Position numbers and translations under genes: made by a program. A stretch of DNA of 64,000 nt from Mytilus edulis (taxonomy: Eukaryota), in the NCBI RefSeq assembly GCF_963676685.1, contig NC_092344.1, positions 121,582,001 through 121,646,000 on the forward strand, written 5' to 3'. Shown piece by piece: positions 51,201 to 63,658 of the stretch. The first letter of the stretch is position 1, and the number at the start of each line of letters is the position of its first letter. Below the pieces are notes generated by a model. The model made no database searches. It was not told the DNA's origin and was given only the letters and a program-made list of their open reading frames with translations.

Positions 51201-53361
51201 CCACCGTGGATATTGATCTGTGTTGACAGGCTAGAGGTACTGTAGATGAACAGCTTAGACTACCCACCGTGGATATTGATCTGTGTTGACAGGCTAGTGG
51301 TACTGTAGATGAACAGCTTAGACTACCCACCGTGGATATTGATCTGTGTTGACAGGCTAGTGGTACTGTAGATGAACAGCTTAGACTACCCACCGTGGAT
51401 ATTGATCTGTGTTGACAGGCTAGTGGTACTGTAGATGAACAGCTTAGACTACCCACCGTGAATATTGATCTGTGTTGACAGGCTAGTGGTACTGTAGATG
51501 AACAGCTTACCCACCGTGGATATTGATCTGTGTTGACAGGCTAGTGGTACTGTAGATGAACAGCTTAGACTACCCACCGTGGATATTGATCTGTGTTGAC
51601 AGGCTAGTGGTACTGTAGATGAACAGCTTAGACTACCCACCGTGGATATTGATCTGTGTTGACAGGCTAGTGGTACTGTAGATGAACAGCTTAGACTACC
51701 CACCGTGAATATTGATCTGTGTTGACAGGCTAGTGGTACTGTAGATGAACAGCTTAGACTACCCACCGTGGATATTGATCTGTGTTGACAGGCTAGTGGT
51801 ACTGTAGATGAACAGCTTACCCACCGTGGATATTGATCTGTGTTGACAGGCTAGTGGTACTGTAGATGAACAGCTTAGACTACCCACCGTGGATATTGAT
51901 CTGTGTTGACAGGCTAGTGGTACTGTAGATGAACAGCTTAGACTACCCACCGTGGATATTGATCTGTGTTGACAGGCTAGTGGTACTGTAGATGAACAGC
52001 TTAGACTACCCACCGTGGATATTGATCTGTGTTGACAGGCTAGTGGTACTGTAGATGAACAGCTTACCCACCGTGGATATTGATCTGTGTTGACAGGCTA
52101 GTGGTACTGTAGATGAACAGCTTAGACTACCCACCGTGGGTATTGATCTGTGTTGACAGGCTAGTGGTACTGTAGATGAACAGCTTAGACTACCCACCGT
52201 GAATATTGATCTGTGTTGACAGGCTAGTGGTACTGTAGATGAACAGCTTAGACTACCCACCGTGGATATTGATCTGTGTTGACAGGCTAGTGGTACTGTA
52301 GATGAACAGCTTAGACTACCCACCGTGGATATTGATCTGTGTTGACAGGCTAGTGGTACTGTAGATGAACAGCTTAGACTACCCACCGTGGATATTGACC
52401 TGTGTTTTATTTATTGTTAATATAATTTTACGTGCATGTAAGTAATAGATGCATGATTTTTTTTATTCGTTGTTATTAGCTATGAAGTATTTGTCAGTTA
52501 TTGAGACTACTCTCAAATCTGTACTTTGTGTCTTTTTTGTAAGGGGTGTATTATACGTCCAGACTAATTTCATTAGATGTTTTTTCCTGTTTTGTACCGA
52601 TCTAATGAGTAAAGTCCCTTTTAACTGATTTTAATAGTATGTTCTTATGGTGTGCTGTATCGCCACTGTCCCAGGTTAGGTGGAGTGTTGTGTGCTCACA
52701 AACGTGTTTAACCCGCAACATTCTTTACTTGCATGTTTCAAGTCAGTAGACTTTAGTTCAGTGGTTTTCGTTGGTTCGTGTCTGGCGTATTCATTTTTTT
52801 GTAAATTGATTTGTTATAAATACGGACGTTAGCGCTAGAGGTGTACAACTGCACAATTCTTAAACACTTCAGGGAAAGATTTAGATTCGAACATCAAATA
52901 ACCGACTGTCAGACATGGGATCGAATTGTCATCTGTGATGGCCCATTAGCTAAGGCAATTCCCAAATCTATACCTATTGGGAAATACAGAGCCACAGTAC
53001 TTTATAGAGGTCAACAGAACGACAATATCAAGTGTAACAAATGTATGGAAACTGGTCACAAAACCAGGGACTGCCAAAATAAATTCGGACGTTAAGGTTT
53101 TTTTTTAATTGAATTGTTTCATATTTTTCTTGTTTTGGCCTTTTATATCATATACTGCTATACGGAACTTGTTTGTTTGTTCATTGTTGAAGGCTGTACG
53201 ATTGCCAATAATTGCTTCCAGCCAATTAATTCAAACTGAAGTGAATAGTTGTATCATTCACAGTGATACCACATCTCCTTATTTTTATACACATAAGTAT
53301 ACTTGCCTTCCTCTATAGGAGCAGCAGCCACCATGGTCAATGTAAGGAGTAAAGCAAACAT
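45214..53361 (-). CDS. Secreted four-module cysteine-rich precursor with dibasic cleavage sites, paralogue B (213 aa)
   Basis: Exons 53361-53307 (GC donor), 49084-48970, 48726-48689, 47709-47592, 47176-47133, 46507-46390, 45778-45738, 45326-45214; exon sizes identical to paralogue A. Translation: MFALLLTLTMVAAAPIEEGCLFDGTMYGTGDKIIISHCLGAMTCMGNNVYSSLEQYGGVCPSTKRSTGQTGCLFDGKIYNKNDIITISHCLAQMECLGFNSYGEIKSLGGICPVKDRRDVNGQTGCLFDGRVYAANEEIIIPSCLGKMTCLGNNNLGPITSLYGICPQTKRSVDGQSGCLFDGTVYAKGDVIPIKGTNARVVCQGNNIYTEQL*. A 3'UTR exon starts at about 44855. Confidence 0.92.
46570..46840 (-). mobile_element. HINE/pearl-like non-autonomous element with (GACG)n microsatellite
   Basis: Terminal hairpin atgcccataaatggggcat followed by an A-run, and a (gacg)n tract. 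It is absent from the equivalent intron of paralogue A. Confidence 0.65.
48320..48633. repeat. About 52-bp tandem repeat, about 6 copies
   Basis: Repeated caacaagcaagtaataaagctattga(a/t)cagtcataatt.aatatcccat, in intron 3 of paralogue B. Confidence 0.9.
49328..52405. repeat. 63-bp satellite, about 49 copies, in intron 1 of paralogue B
   Basis: Unit ctgtgttgacaggctagtggtactgtagatgaacagcttagactacccaccgtggatattgat; three copies carry the same 5-bp deletion (about 51508, 51818, 52065). Confidence 0.97.
52838..53080 (+). mobile_element. Retroelement ORF1/gag-like fragment with CCHC zinc knuckle
   Basis: IPIGKYRATVLYRGQ...KCNKCMETGHKTRDC matches CX2CX4HX4C, resembling L1/Tx1 ORF1. Confidence 0.7.
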
Positions 53362-53412
53362 GGTTATGTGGTGGGGTCAGATCACGAAAGAACTTATAAA
53401 ACAGAATTCATT

Positions 53413-53562
53413 CCATTTTATATAGTCCTCGTTACGTAAGGACCACATTGTTATAAACGCCTTTCTGGAACACACGTGGATAGTCATGCTTTCGGTTAGA
53501 GATAAGGTAACATTAGGTTGTACATATCAATGACCTTATCTAGAATCAAACCTAATCCGAAA
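53413..53562 (-). promoter_or_regulatory. Putative promoter of paralogue B
   Basis: Minus-strand CTATATAAAA about 55 nt upstream of the ATG; conserved ttagagataag, ggttgtacat, tgaccttatctag and atcaaacc blocks shared with 37710-37842. Confidence 0.65.
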
Positions 53563-54737
53563 TACAAAGTCTGTTTGGGTTGTTGTCGATATGATTTTAG
53601 TTAGTGGCGTGATATCTTTATGGAATTTGATAGAATAGCATACGCCTATAGGAAACAATTTCTCCTCAAACATTTTCTTACTTCTTTCAATGTTTGAGTT
53701 TTTATATGCCTTTAATCATAGCTTTGCATTTCAAATGAAGCTAGATACCTGCAAAGAAATAGAAAATGCTAATTGCATGTCTTTTTATTTCCGACTACAG
53801 TAAATTTGTTGACTCAGTTGTCATGCGAATACTTTAGATCTTGACAAATATGAGTTCTAAGAAAAATTGTTAGGACAAAAAGAGATGTAACGTACATGTC
53901 AATAAAACATAAACCGTTAACCGAGCGATATATTAAAAAAATAAAGAATGTAGAATATTAAAAAGAATAAGTTAAAAATATATGAATGAATTTAACAGAG
54001 GCTATCAAAGATGTGACATCAACAACAAATTATCCGAATGACTAGAACCATGTACAGAAAGCGATAGAAAAACAGTCTTGTTTCGTGTTTATTATTTTTT
54101 TTTTTATTTTTTTTTTTTTTATGTCGGAGCCTTTTTTGGCCAACAACGGTTGCCTTTAATTGCTAAATTCGACTCAATTGAATTTCGGTGGATAGTTGTC
54201 TCACTTTTAATCATACCACATCTCCTTATTTTTATATGGTGTACACATTTTTCAGACCATATTATCTTCATGTTAACCATAAAGAGATAAAGTTCTACTT
54301 TTGAATTTATTTTCTAACGGGCCATGAAAACAACTAAAAAGTAAAATCACAAAAATACTGAACTCAGAGGAAAATCAATACGGAAAGTCCATAATCACAT
54401 GGCAAAATCAAATAACAAAACGCATCAAAAACGAATAGACAAGAACTGTCATATTCCTGACTTGGTACAGGCATTTTCAAATGTAGAAAATGGTGGATTA
54501 AACCTGGTTCTATAGCGCTAACCCTCTCTCTTTAATAACAGTCTCATCAAATTCCGTTATATTTTTGATCTCTGAAAACAATATGTCGTATTTTAGCATG
54601 CGATTCAAATGTAAATGCGTTTATATCTTTATATTGTTTGAGTATTGATACGGAAAACTGATAAAGATAATTACCGGTATATATTAGCCGGTTCGATTTG
54701 GTCAAAGCTCATTCCAATAAAACATGCAAAACTGGAC

Positions 54738-56409
54738 CCCAGATAGCAATACTTTGTTGGGCCAACATTGGTGATTAGTTGGCGCAGTTGGTAAACAGTT
54801 GGCGTTGGCAGGACAACAAGAGACCAACGTTGGCCCAACAAAACTCAGCCAACAGTTATTTTAACACTGTTGGCCCCTCGTTGGCCCAACAACTTGGCAC
54901 CAACTGTCATATTTGTATGGTTGGCCTAATGTTGGCCCAACATTTTCTTACCAACTGTTATAAAAGTAGTTCTCAACGATATTTGACTTATGTCATTCAT
55001 TGGTTCAGTGTAAGATCTTCTGACTGAACCTACTGAACTAATTTTTAACAAACTTTATTTTAATACTCATTGAAATATAAGCCAACATTGTGCCAACATA
55101 TTACGTACTTGTCTCCCCGTTTTATACCACAGATTTTTTTTTCTTTTTTAAATATTATTCCAAAGTTCAAACAAAAAGATGTGCTATTCATTCTCTTTAT
55201 CTAATATTTTCAAAATTGTGTAGTCATCTAAATGTATTTATCTTAATGTTTGAATATTTTTTTGCACAAACAAAAAATATTTAAAACCAGCCCAAAAAAA
55301 ATAAATAAAATTTAAATATAGTTTCATTTGAAAGGCCGTACCGGGTTACCGACCGTGCGAGGGCTGTATAGCCAGTCAAGGTCGTTAAACACTTCCATTT
55401 GTTGTTGTACTGGGTCAGCTCTCCTTTACTCGCTATCTTTTGAATGAGGGTTTATTGCTAAATGGTCAACGACATACTACTAAGATGACAGAAACCAATC
55501 CATGCCGTACAGAGAGACGTGGTAGTGGCGTACCCGCGTTAACATGCACTCCAAAACCATTGTATCATGGGGAGTGTTATGCCGATTAACATCCGAGGGC
55601 TGTATCCTAGGCGTTGGGTGATACGACCTTCATTTCACTGCCTAACGGCTTTGGTCCTGATAACGCTTCCTGTCATCATTAGAACTACGTCCACGATTCA
55701 TCTACCAGTACTCAATCATCGAGGCTAGCGGGCTGCCAAGCTGACCAAACTGGCCCTGAAAGCAGCCGTTGTGAAGAATAAAGACCAAAATAGTAAAAAA
55801 ACAAAATCTACTCACCAAAACCAAGATGGCGGCCTCCATATTGCGACCTCCACTACTTGTTCCTGACCCATGGCACCAGAATATTTAAAGCTCACCAAAC
55901 GCCTTCGGGCACCGAGCCGACCGTGCGAGGGCTGAAAAGCCAGTCAAGGTCGTTAAACACTTCCATATATACTATAATTTTGTCTTATCAATTGATACGA
56001 GTGGCACTTAGCCACTCTCCAAACGACAGTTGATTGTATATTACCTTTATACATAGCAGTATAGACTAGAATATACTGAACACTTAAATGTAATACTTAG
56101 AAAAGCATATTTAAACATTATTAACGGACGTTGGCCAACTGTTGTACAACCAACAATGGCCCAACATAATTTCACAAAACTAGACTACGTTGGTAGACTG
56201 TTGGCAAACAGTTAACTCTGTTGGCAGATTGTTGGCAACTAGTTAACTTTGTTGGCATACTGATGTTGGCCCAACAAAGACCCAACATGCTGGGCCAACG
56301 AAGGGTCGATGAGCAAAATGACATTGGCCCAACATAGTTTTCCAACGTGGGCCCAACAATGTTGCCAACAGAATTCCAACGTGGGCCCAACACATGTTTG
56401 CTATCTGGG
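54738..56409. mobile_element. Non-autonomous EnSpm/CACTA-type transposon (CCC ends, 2-bp TSD)
   Basis: ac|cccagatagca...tgctatctggg|ac, with many subterminal ttggcccaac repeats at both ends. Confidence 0.8.
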
Positions 56410-56767
56410 ACATAGCTTAAATTCAACGGAAAAAAAAATCTGTATTATCAACTTTGTTTTATTCAAAAGGACCAGAAAATATTGCAAAAATTAGTCAGTG
56501 TCCTATATCTAAAGATGCATTGAAAAAACCCGATACATTAAGCTAGTATTGTGTATGTCTTATATTTCCCCATAGAGCCCTTACTTGGTGATATAACACT
56601 TATTCCAATCTATTTAATGTTTACAATTAGAAAAATGTGAAGTAATAAGATGTTGAACATTTTTAGATCAACTTTATTTAAAAGTATCAGTTTCTTTGTA
56701 CTAAAATGTCTTTTACATTTAACCTAGAACAGTTCGAGATAATATAACCTATTCATATATATATAAA

Positions 56768-57545
56768 TGTTCCAGACCGTATGAGTATTTGGACCGTACG
56801 CGTACGGTCTGGACCGTATGCGTACTTTTTCAAAATACGCATACGGTCGGACCGTACGCGTACGGTCTGACTGATATTAAGAAGTTGATCAAGCTTATTA
56901 GATACAAATGTATATAACAGATCAACATGACTTATATCTCCAATTAATATAAAAAGTTCAACAGCATTTGACATAAAAACTTAATATTTTAACTATTTAA
57001 AAAGATCACGCTTATTTAATCTGTTAATCTCCTGTATTTTGCAGGCCGGTAATTCATTAATTGCAGCTCAGTATGCTCATTGAAATTGAAGTTATCGGAA
57101 GTAAACATAATGTGGGAGGACAATTGTTTTAGAATATTTATGAACTTTACAAAAGAAATGCATACGCAAAGGAACATGCATTAACAAAACATGTAAATGT
57201 AAAAAATACGACTTTCTTATTAGAAGCAAGTGTCACCTTCGGCCAAAGTAACAAAATAGAATTCACGGATATACAATTAAGCAAATATTTAATTTCAATT
57301 GTTCGCTTATTCACTTTATCATCGGCCATCTATTTTGTAATAATAACAATTTGTATAACTAAAAATAAAGATTTTGATAAATGTTTGTTTAAATTTAACC
57401 CATATGATCCCAAAACGTATGATCAGCTGGACCGTACGCGTATACTCATACGGTCCGACCGTACGCGTATGGTCGGACCGTACGAGTATACGTATACGGT
57501 CCGGACCGTACGCGTACGGTCCAAATACTCATATGGTCTGGAACA
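56768..57545. mobile_element. MITE with TGT...ACA ends and 4-bp TSD (Ginger-like)
   Basis: taaa|tgttccagacc.tatgagtatttggaccgtacgcgtacgg...ccgtacgcgtacggtccaaatactcatatggtctggaaca|taaa. Confidence 0.8.
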
Positions 57546-58009
57546 TAAACATATCCGCTTTTTTAGTCTAAGTCGCTACCGATTTGATTTCTACTTAGAC
57601 AATCCAAAAATGTAAACATTGCAAGTAACGCAAAATAAATCTGAAATATTTGCAATAGAGATCATGTGTGGCTGGTTATAGTGATCGTTAAAAGTTTCTG
57701 TGTAGTTTTGTAACCATATAAAGTAAGTTGTGTATGCTTTATTTTTTTAAACTTAATTGTATCCGTGTGATTGAGACCTCGGACAAAGTTGACCCCCATA
57801 GTAGTGTCATTCACTCATTGACTAAAAAGATTTTATTAACTTCTTCATCAACTAACCAAATTAAATCCACATCGCGTACTACACATCTTTCTACTTGATA
57901 CTTTTGCTTTCACTCCAAAAACTTTTTTGGTTAGTTTGATAATCATTGGCGGATCCAGGGGGGGGGGGGTTTCAGGGTTGAAACCCCCCTTCTTTGGGGC
58001 CGATCAATA

Positions 58010-58167
58010 CACCTTATCGCTATTTGTCCGCCATTGCTGGAAATCACACAGGTTCCCGTAAAATTTTGACGTCATAAAACAAAATGTCTGACGCCACAAT
58101 GGAAAAGTGATTGTTGTTGACGTCAAAAGTTCAAGCGGACGGGTCAGCCGGGAATAGCGATAAGGTG
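58010..58167. mobile_element. Small MITE, inverted copy of 14194-14348
   Basis: ta|caccttatcgcta...tagcgataaggtg|ta. Confidence 0.8.
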
Positions 58168-59700
58168 TATGCATTTGAATGGGGAAATATAGTTGGAAAC
58201 TCCGTGTTTGTCCTGGGTTGCGAACGCCCCTGCCGCCTATTCCTTTTGCTTTAACGCTCATGGTACAATGTACTTAGCTCGAAGAATCGGGTTTGGAAAA
58301 TATTGAAAATGTGAAAAATAGAGTGAGAAAAATTGTCACCCTTGCAAACCCTGAAAATGGAACGTTTCAGATGATTGACACGTTCCTCACACTATTGTGC
58401 TAGTCAAGCTTTCCATTTGTAAAAAACTCTCTTGGGAGCCGGATTTATATAAGTTGATTCTTCTTGTTTCCAAATCTCTATTTTTTCCCCTATTGTATAA
58501 TTGTAATTTGTGCACGTTTGAAAATGAAATATTGTTTCAACTAACTCTCTTAACTCGGCTGCTGGTTTAGAATGTTTTATGTGATGTATTCGTTATTATT
58601 CTGTAGTTAGTCACCACTTCGATTTTATCATTTATATATATTATATAGTCATTTTATAAAATTTACTGTTTGAAAAAGTTTGAAAGGATGTTCTTATTCC
58701 AGGCAGATAACCCCAGCCGTATTGGTCACAAGTTTTCGGAACTTTTGGTCCTCAGTGCTCTTCAACTTTGTATTTGTTTTAACTTTCGGACTTTTTTCAT
58801 CTAGGCGTCACTGGTGGGTCTTGTGTGGACGAAACGCATGTTTTGCGTATTACATTTTAAACCTGGTACCTTTTGTTAGCTATCATTCGCGTGTTTTTCT
58901 GTCCTATATGTTTTCCCATTTATTTGCATTGCAGTCCTGTCATGTAATGTTGTCATTTTAATGTTATATTTAACATTGCCATAAAAAACGGGAGGTTTGG
59001 CATGCCACAAAACCAGGTTCAACCCACCATTTGTTTCTTAAAATGGCCTGTACAACGTCAAGAAATTGGCTTTTGTTGTATTATGGTTTGTGTTACATTT
59101 TAATGTTGGGTTTCTGTTGTGTCGTAGTTCTCCCCTTATATTTGATAAGTTTCCATCAGTTATAGTTTGCAACCCGGATTTGTTTTTACTCCCAATCGAT
59201 TTATACGGTTGCCTGTATTTATTGATTAGTCCAAAGGGTCCAAATGAAAATATATCCCGAGACAATTGTTCATACTATGTTTCTTAGAAAGAAAAAAACC
59301 CGTTCTGGTAAAAAGGAGTAATGAAAAAATCCCAGCGAATAACCGTTTTTCTATATATATTAAAAAATCAAGAAAGAAAAATGAAGAAAAAAAACCCCAT
59401 TAGAACGATAACAGGCCTTATGAGTTCTTTGTTACAATGGTTTAAACATAGCTTTGCAAATTATTATTTACTGTGTTAATGTTATGCTCCTGCTTTAACG
59501 AAGGTTACCCTAAATATTTCAAATATCAGTAATTGTTTCAATAATCATAAGAAGGCCTGTTGTACTTTCTCCGAACAGCAAAATGGACTGAAAATCTACA
59601 CTTATTTAACACATATGAACTATTTGTATTTCAGATCATATTGTGGGTTAAATGAGAAACTTTTCTGCCCGACGTACAGTGATGACATAGTCCATCATTC

Positions 59701-62700
59701 ATGAGTAAACTTTTTCGTTACTGTTCAATATACGTATCGAGGATTTCCACAATGAACGTTAAAAAGCCACCGATTTCTGCCATTGAAGTGCGATCACTGC
59801 CTTCTAAAGCAGTGATCAGTACGGAAAAGATTGATGTTTTACAAAGTAGTTCATCTCAGTTGTCTATGGGTGGCGTCGTCAACTTAGAAACGGGCAATTC
59901 AAAATCTGATCATTTAACAGTCAATGTAATCGACACAAAATTGGTGACTAAAATGTCACATGAACATCCCTTAATGTCGATATGGAAACCTATTACTAAA
60001 AAGAAATACATTTTACCGAAAAACCTATTGGAAAAGGTCACATCTATAATACAAATGGTATATACTACTAACGAAAGTATAAGTTTTAATCAGGTTGTGG
60101 ACACACACTCAGAAACCGTTAAACTGACTAGCTCAAATGTTGTGAGTAAAACTGGTGAGCAGAGTCTTGATAAACAAAAAATTGAAAAGCAAACAAAAAC
60201 AAAACCATTAAGTAAGATAACTTTGAAAATTACAGATGTTAAAGATGAGCAAGTAAACACTAATTCTATATCGAAATTTAAAAGACCCGAGGTCAACACT
60301 CAGAATTATAATGTAAAAGGTCAAAAATCTGACACGAAATCCAATAAGAAAGGAAGTACATTAAAAAATGAAAACAATCGGAAGTCAAGTCAACACGGTC
60401 ATTATGTGGATCAAAACAGCCAATCAATGACAGCCAAAAGTTTAGCTGTGCCATACAAATCATCCGCGCGAGGTATGCACAATAAAACAGACAAAGATAA
60501 GGAAACACACGCTGTGGTAAATGTAAATTCAAGGGACTCGAAAAGGAAAGATGTAAATGTAGAAAGTAAATCGGAAAGCAATTCTACAGAAGATAAGAAA
60601 AAGAAAAATGGTAAACCTACAAGCAAAATAAACAAACAGGTCAAGGAAAGTCAGCTAAATGAAGAAAGCACCATTAATAAGGGTTTTCAAAGGAATATGG
60701 AGCATGATATAGACCAGACAAAGGGGGACAAGAAAAGAGTGCATGGAAACGGTATCAAATCAGCAGAACCATCAGAATGTCACATTAAAGATGTTTTTGA
60801 AAATGATTTCTTGCCAATGATATCACCTGATGTTTTACAAAGTGAGGATTGTGGACCATATAATTTAGAAGATCTCTTCACAGGTAAGCGTCCCTACTTT
60901 TTTGTATTGAATTAAAATGATTTATTTCTTTAAAGCCTCTGTATCATTAAAAGCATTAATGTATTGGAAATTGAATTCGCCATGTTCTTACAACGATCTG
61001 GTATGCATAAAACACAGAACTGTTACATTCAGTTTTAACGATTTTATAATATCATGGTTCTGGTCTGTATCTTTACAGTACCGTTCAGTATAAAAAGAGA
61101 AGTGCAAAACGTTTAATTGACAGCACTACTCTCCGGGTGCAGAATTTTCTCGCTGTGTTGAAGACCAATTGGTGGCCTTGAACTGTATTTTGCCCTTGTT
61201 TCGGGTTATGATCTCTGACATTCTCAATTTCATTAAACGTTTTTCGGCTCTATTATTTGAACACTTCAGTCTCAACCCTATTTGTATACACATACTAGGC
61301 ACACTATTGTACAGCAATTTGTAAACACTAAACAAGGGTAAATTCAAACTTAACTTAATAAATGTACTTATGCGACTTGTGTTTCTAAATAGTTTTACCT
61401 ATATAAAACGTAGGTATTTTGGATAACAAATGTGAAGAATGGAAGAAAAGGGACAATAAACAAGCAAAGAAGAAAACAGCAAGAAACTACCACGACGACA
61501 GAAAAGAACGAAAAAAGCCTCCAAACTATTTTGTGGCCATTCAGATAACTAACCCAGAGGCATGTTGTTATTTATTTCTCATTACTTGTATTCTTGCGTC
61601 AGTATAACTAATGTTTCATATTGTAATTCAATTCAAAATTACAAGACTCTCTGTTTCTGTCTAATCACATAAACGGTACTTTTAATGCAACAACAGCATT
61701 TCGAAAACTATTGTTTCTTAAGTGATGTTTTAAAGGGGATTTACATTTGTTTACCTCGCATCTTTTAAATATATATAATTCTAGCGTATTTCGTTGAGCA
61801 TTTATGTTGTCTTTTTTATTTCGAATATTCTTTTGGTATCCTTTCTCCCTTGAACAGGATGAATGTTGAACATAAGAGTTTTGCAGACTCCATTATGATT
61901 ATGTTGACCTACATAAAACCTTTAAAAATATTGCAGCAGATACGTCTTCATATCGTAGCGATGGAAGTAAAACAACAAACATATCGAACTCCAAGGAAAA
62001 TAAAAAACTATTTACAAACAGTATTTGGTGAGTTAAAAAACGAAATAATTTCTGATTTTGATTTCTATTAAAAATTCTAATGTAGAAATATGAATACTTT
62101 TTAGATCATCAGAGGAATTGGATATGTTCAGACAGGCATGTGTAAATCCAATGAGTTTCTGAAGAAGGCCATGATTCCAATTCCAACTCTTCATCTTACA
62201 CTAAGAGTTGCCTGTTTAGAAAATGACGAAGAAATTTCAAGGTACGCACATGCATTAATTTCCTTAAACATGTTAAAGTTAATTCTCGGCAACCACGGGT
62301 GCTTGAATGTTAAACCTTTAGTAATGCATTGCTCAATATTAAATGAATAATGTGTTTTCTGTGTCCAGTCATTTGAAACATCGTGTAATGGACATTTATT
62401 TCAATGCACACTTCTATATCATGCCAAGAGATTCACTCAACTCAACAGCGGAAGTTTATTCGCATATGCTTGATATTAATTCCTGTTTCAGTTGAGTGAA
62501 TTACCGATGGCGTCATAACAATTATATGTTATCTTGAATATGCAAGGAAAAAAAGAAAATAATGTCTTGTAAAAACTTCTCTGGGGGTCGTCTGTTGACT
62601 GTTTGTGTTCTGTTTTTGGATAAGGATAGTCTGTTTGTGTTCAAATTGATCTTTGATTGCCCTTTTTATATCGTCTTACATATTTTCATCGATGTTTTAT

Positions 62701-63595
62701 CACTTTTGAAAATAAATCCATCATAGATGCCAGGATTTTTATTTAACATTTGGGCAGAGCGCGTTTCGTTAACAAAAGACTCATCGGTGACGCTCGAATA
62801 AAAAATGAGGACAAATAAAGTACGCAAAAGACTGTGGTAACCTTCAGCTACCGTAATTACTTTAATTCAATTTTATTTTGGGTTTACTCTAGAATGACCA
62901 AAGCATTAGACCAGTGTGTTGAAACATTCAATAAAGACAGCAAAGAAATGATTACCTTAGATGTAAAAGATATTGAAAGTTTTAGGAATGAGGTAGTGTT
63001 TGCCAATGTACAGAAAGACGAGTGTCTAACACAAGTAATCAAACTCTCTGGTAAGAAGTAAAGATGTATGTTGCATTCTTCCTCTATCCCCTCCACTTAG
63101 TTTTGTCTAAATCTTCGACTACAATTGTCCATTAACACAAAATTTAATGTTATATTCTTCGCTTGAATTGTCAAATATAAATGAAATTGACCATCCTGTC
63201 AGCAAATTTCTTGGATCTGTTTACGATAGCAAATAACCAAGTTGAACATATTTGTTTTTATCAACGTCCCATTGTTAACAATATCTTTGTATGAGGTCAA
63301 TTAAAGGAAACTTCCATATGGCATAGCAAGGACTAAGTAAGTAATTAAAGGAAAGCGAAGAGTAGACTATATATTTGATTTACATGTAATTCCCTAGAAT
63401 TGCATATACATTTATTGTATGATGATGTGGACATATGCTTTCTGTTTCGCACTGATATATGTTAACGCCATATTACAGATATCCTTGAGGAATGTTGTCA
63501 AACCAATTATGTACCTTCATCTGATGGGAAAGGCTTTACACCACACATCACTATAACCAAACTGACAAAATTACCATTTAAGTTGAAGAAAAATG
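59701..63595 (+). CDS. AKAP7: AKAP7-like 2H phosphoesterase with long low-complexity N-terminus (3'-partial)
   Basis: Exons 59701-60883, 61414-61559 (GC donor), 62105-62241, 62893-63050, 63479-63595, phases consistent. Motifs PPNYFVAIQITNPEI, AMIPIPTLHLTL (HxT 1), IESFRNEVVFA and KGFTPHITITKL (HxT 2) match the AKAP7 2H domain. The start codon is uncertain. Confidence 0.88.
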
Positions 63596-63658
63596 GTATG
63601 TTATACGTATTGCAAATATTTGTATCTACAAAGCAAACAATGTCAATAACGTTTTTAT

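Noticed and set aside
49321-52386. 711-aa Cys/Ser-rich ORF and following ORFs as a protein or as extra exons of paralogue B
   Set aside because: A 63-bp satellite read in frame, broken by 5-bp deletions and without a real ATG start. The paralogue B model is complete without it.
32655-53361. The two peptide genes as an uncollapsed haplotype artefact, or as pacifastin/CRP-I members
   Set aside because: Introns differ greatly in sequence and insertions, and module 2 differs at about 40% of residues, which fits paralogy. The four-Cys spacing does not fit those six-Cys families.
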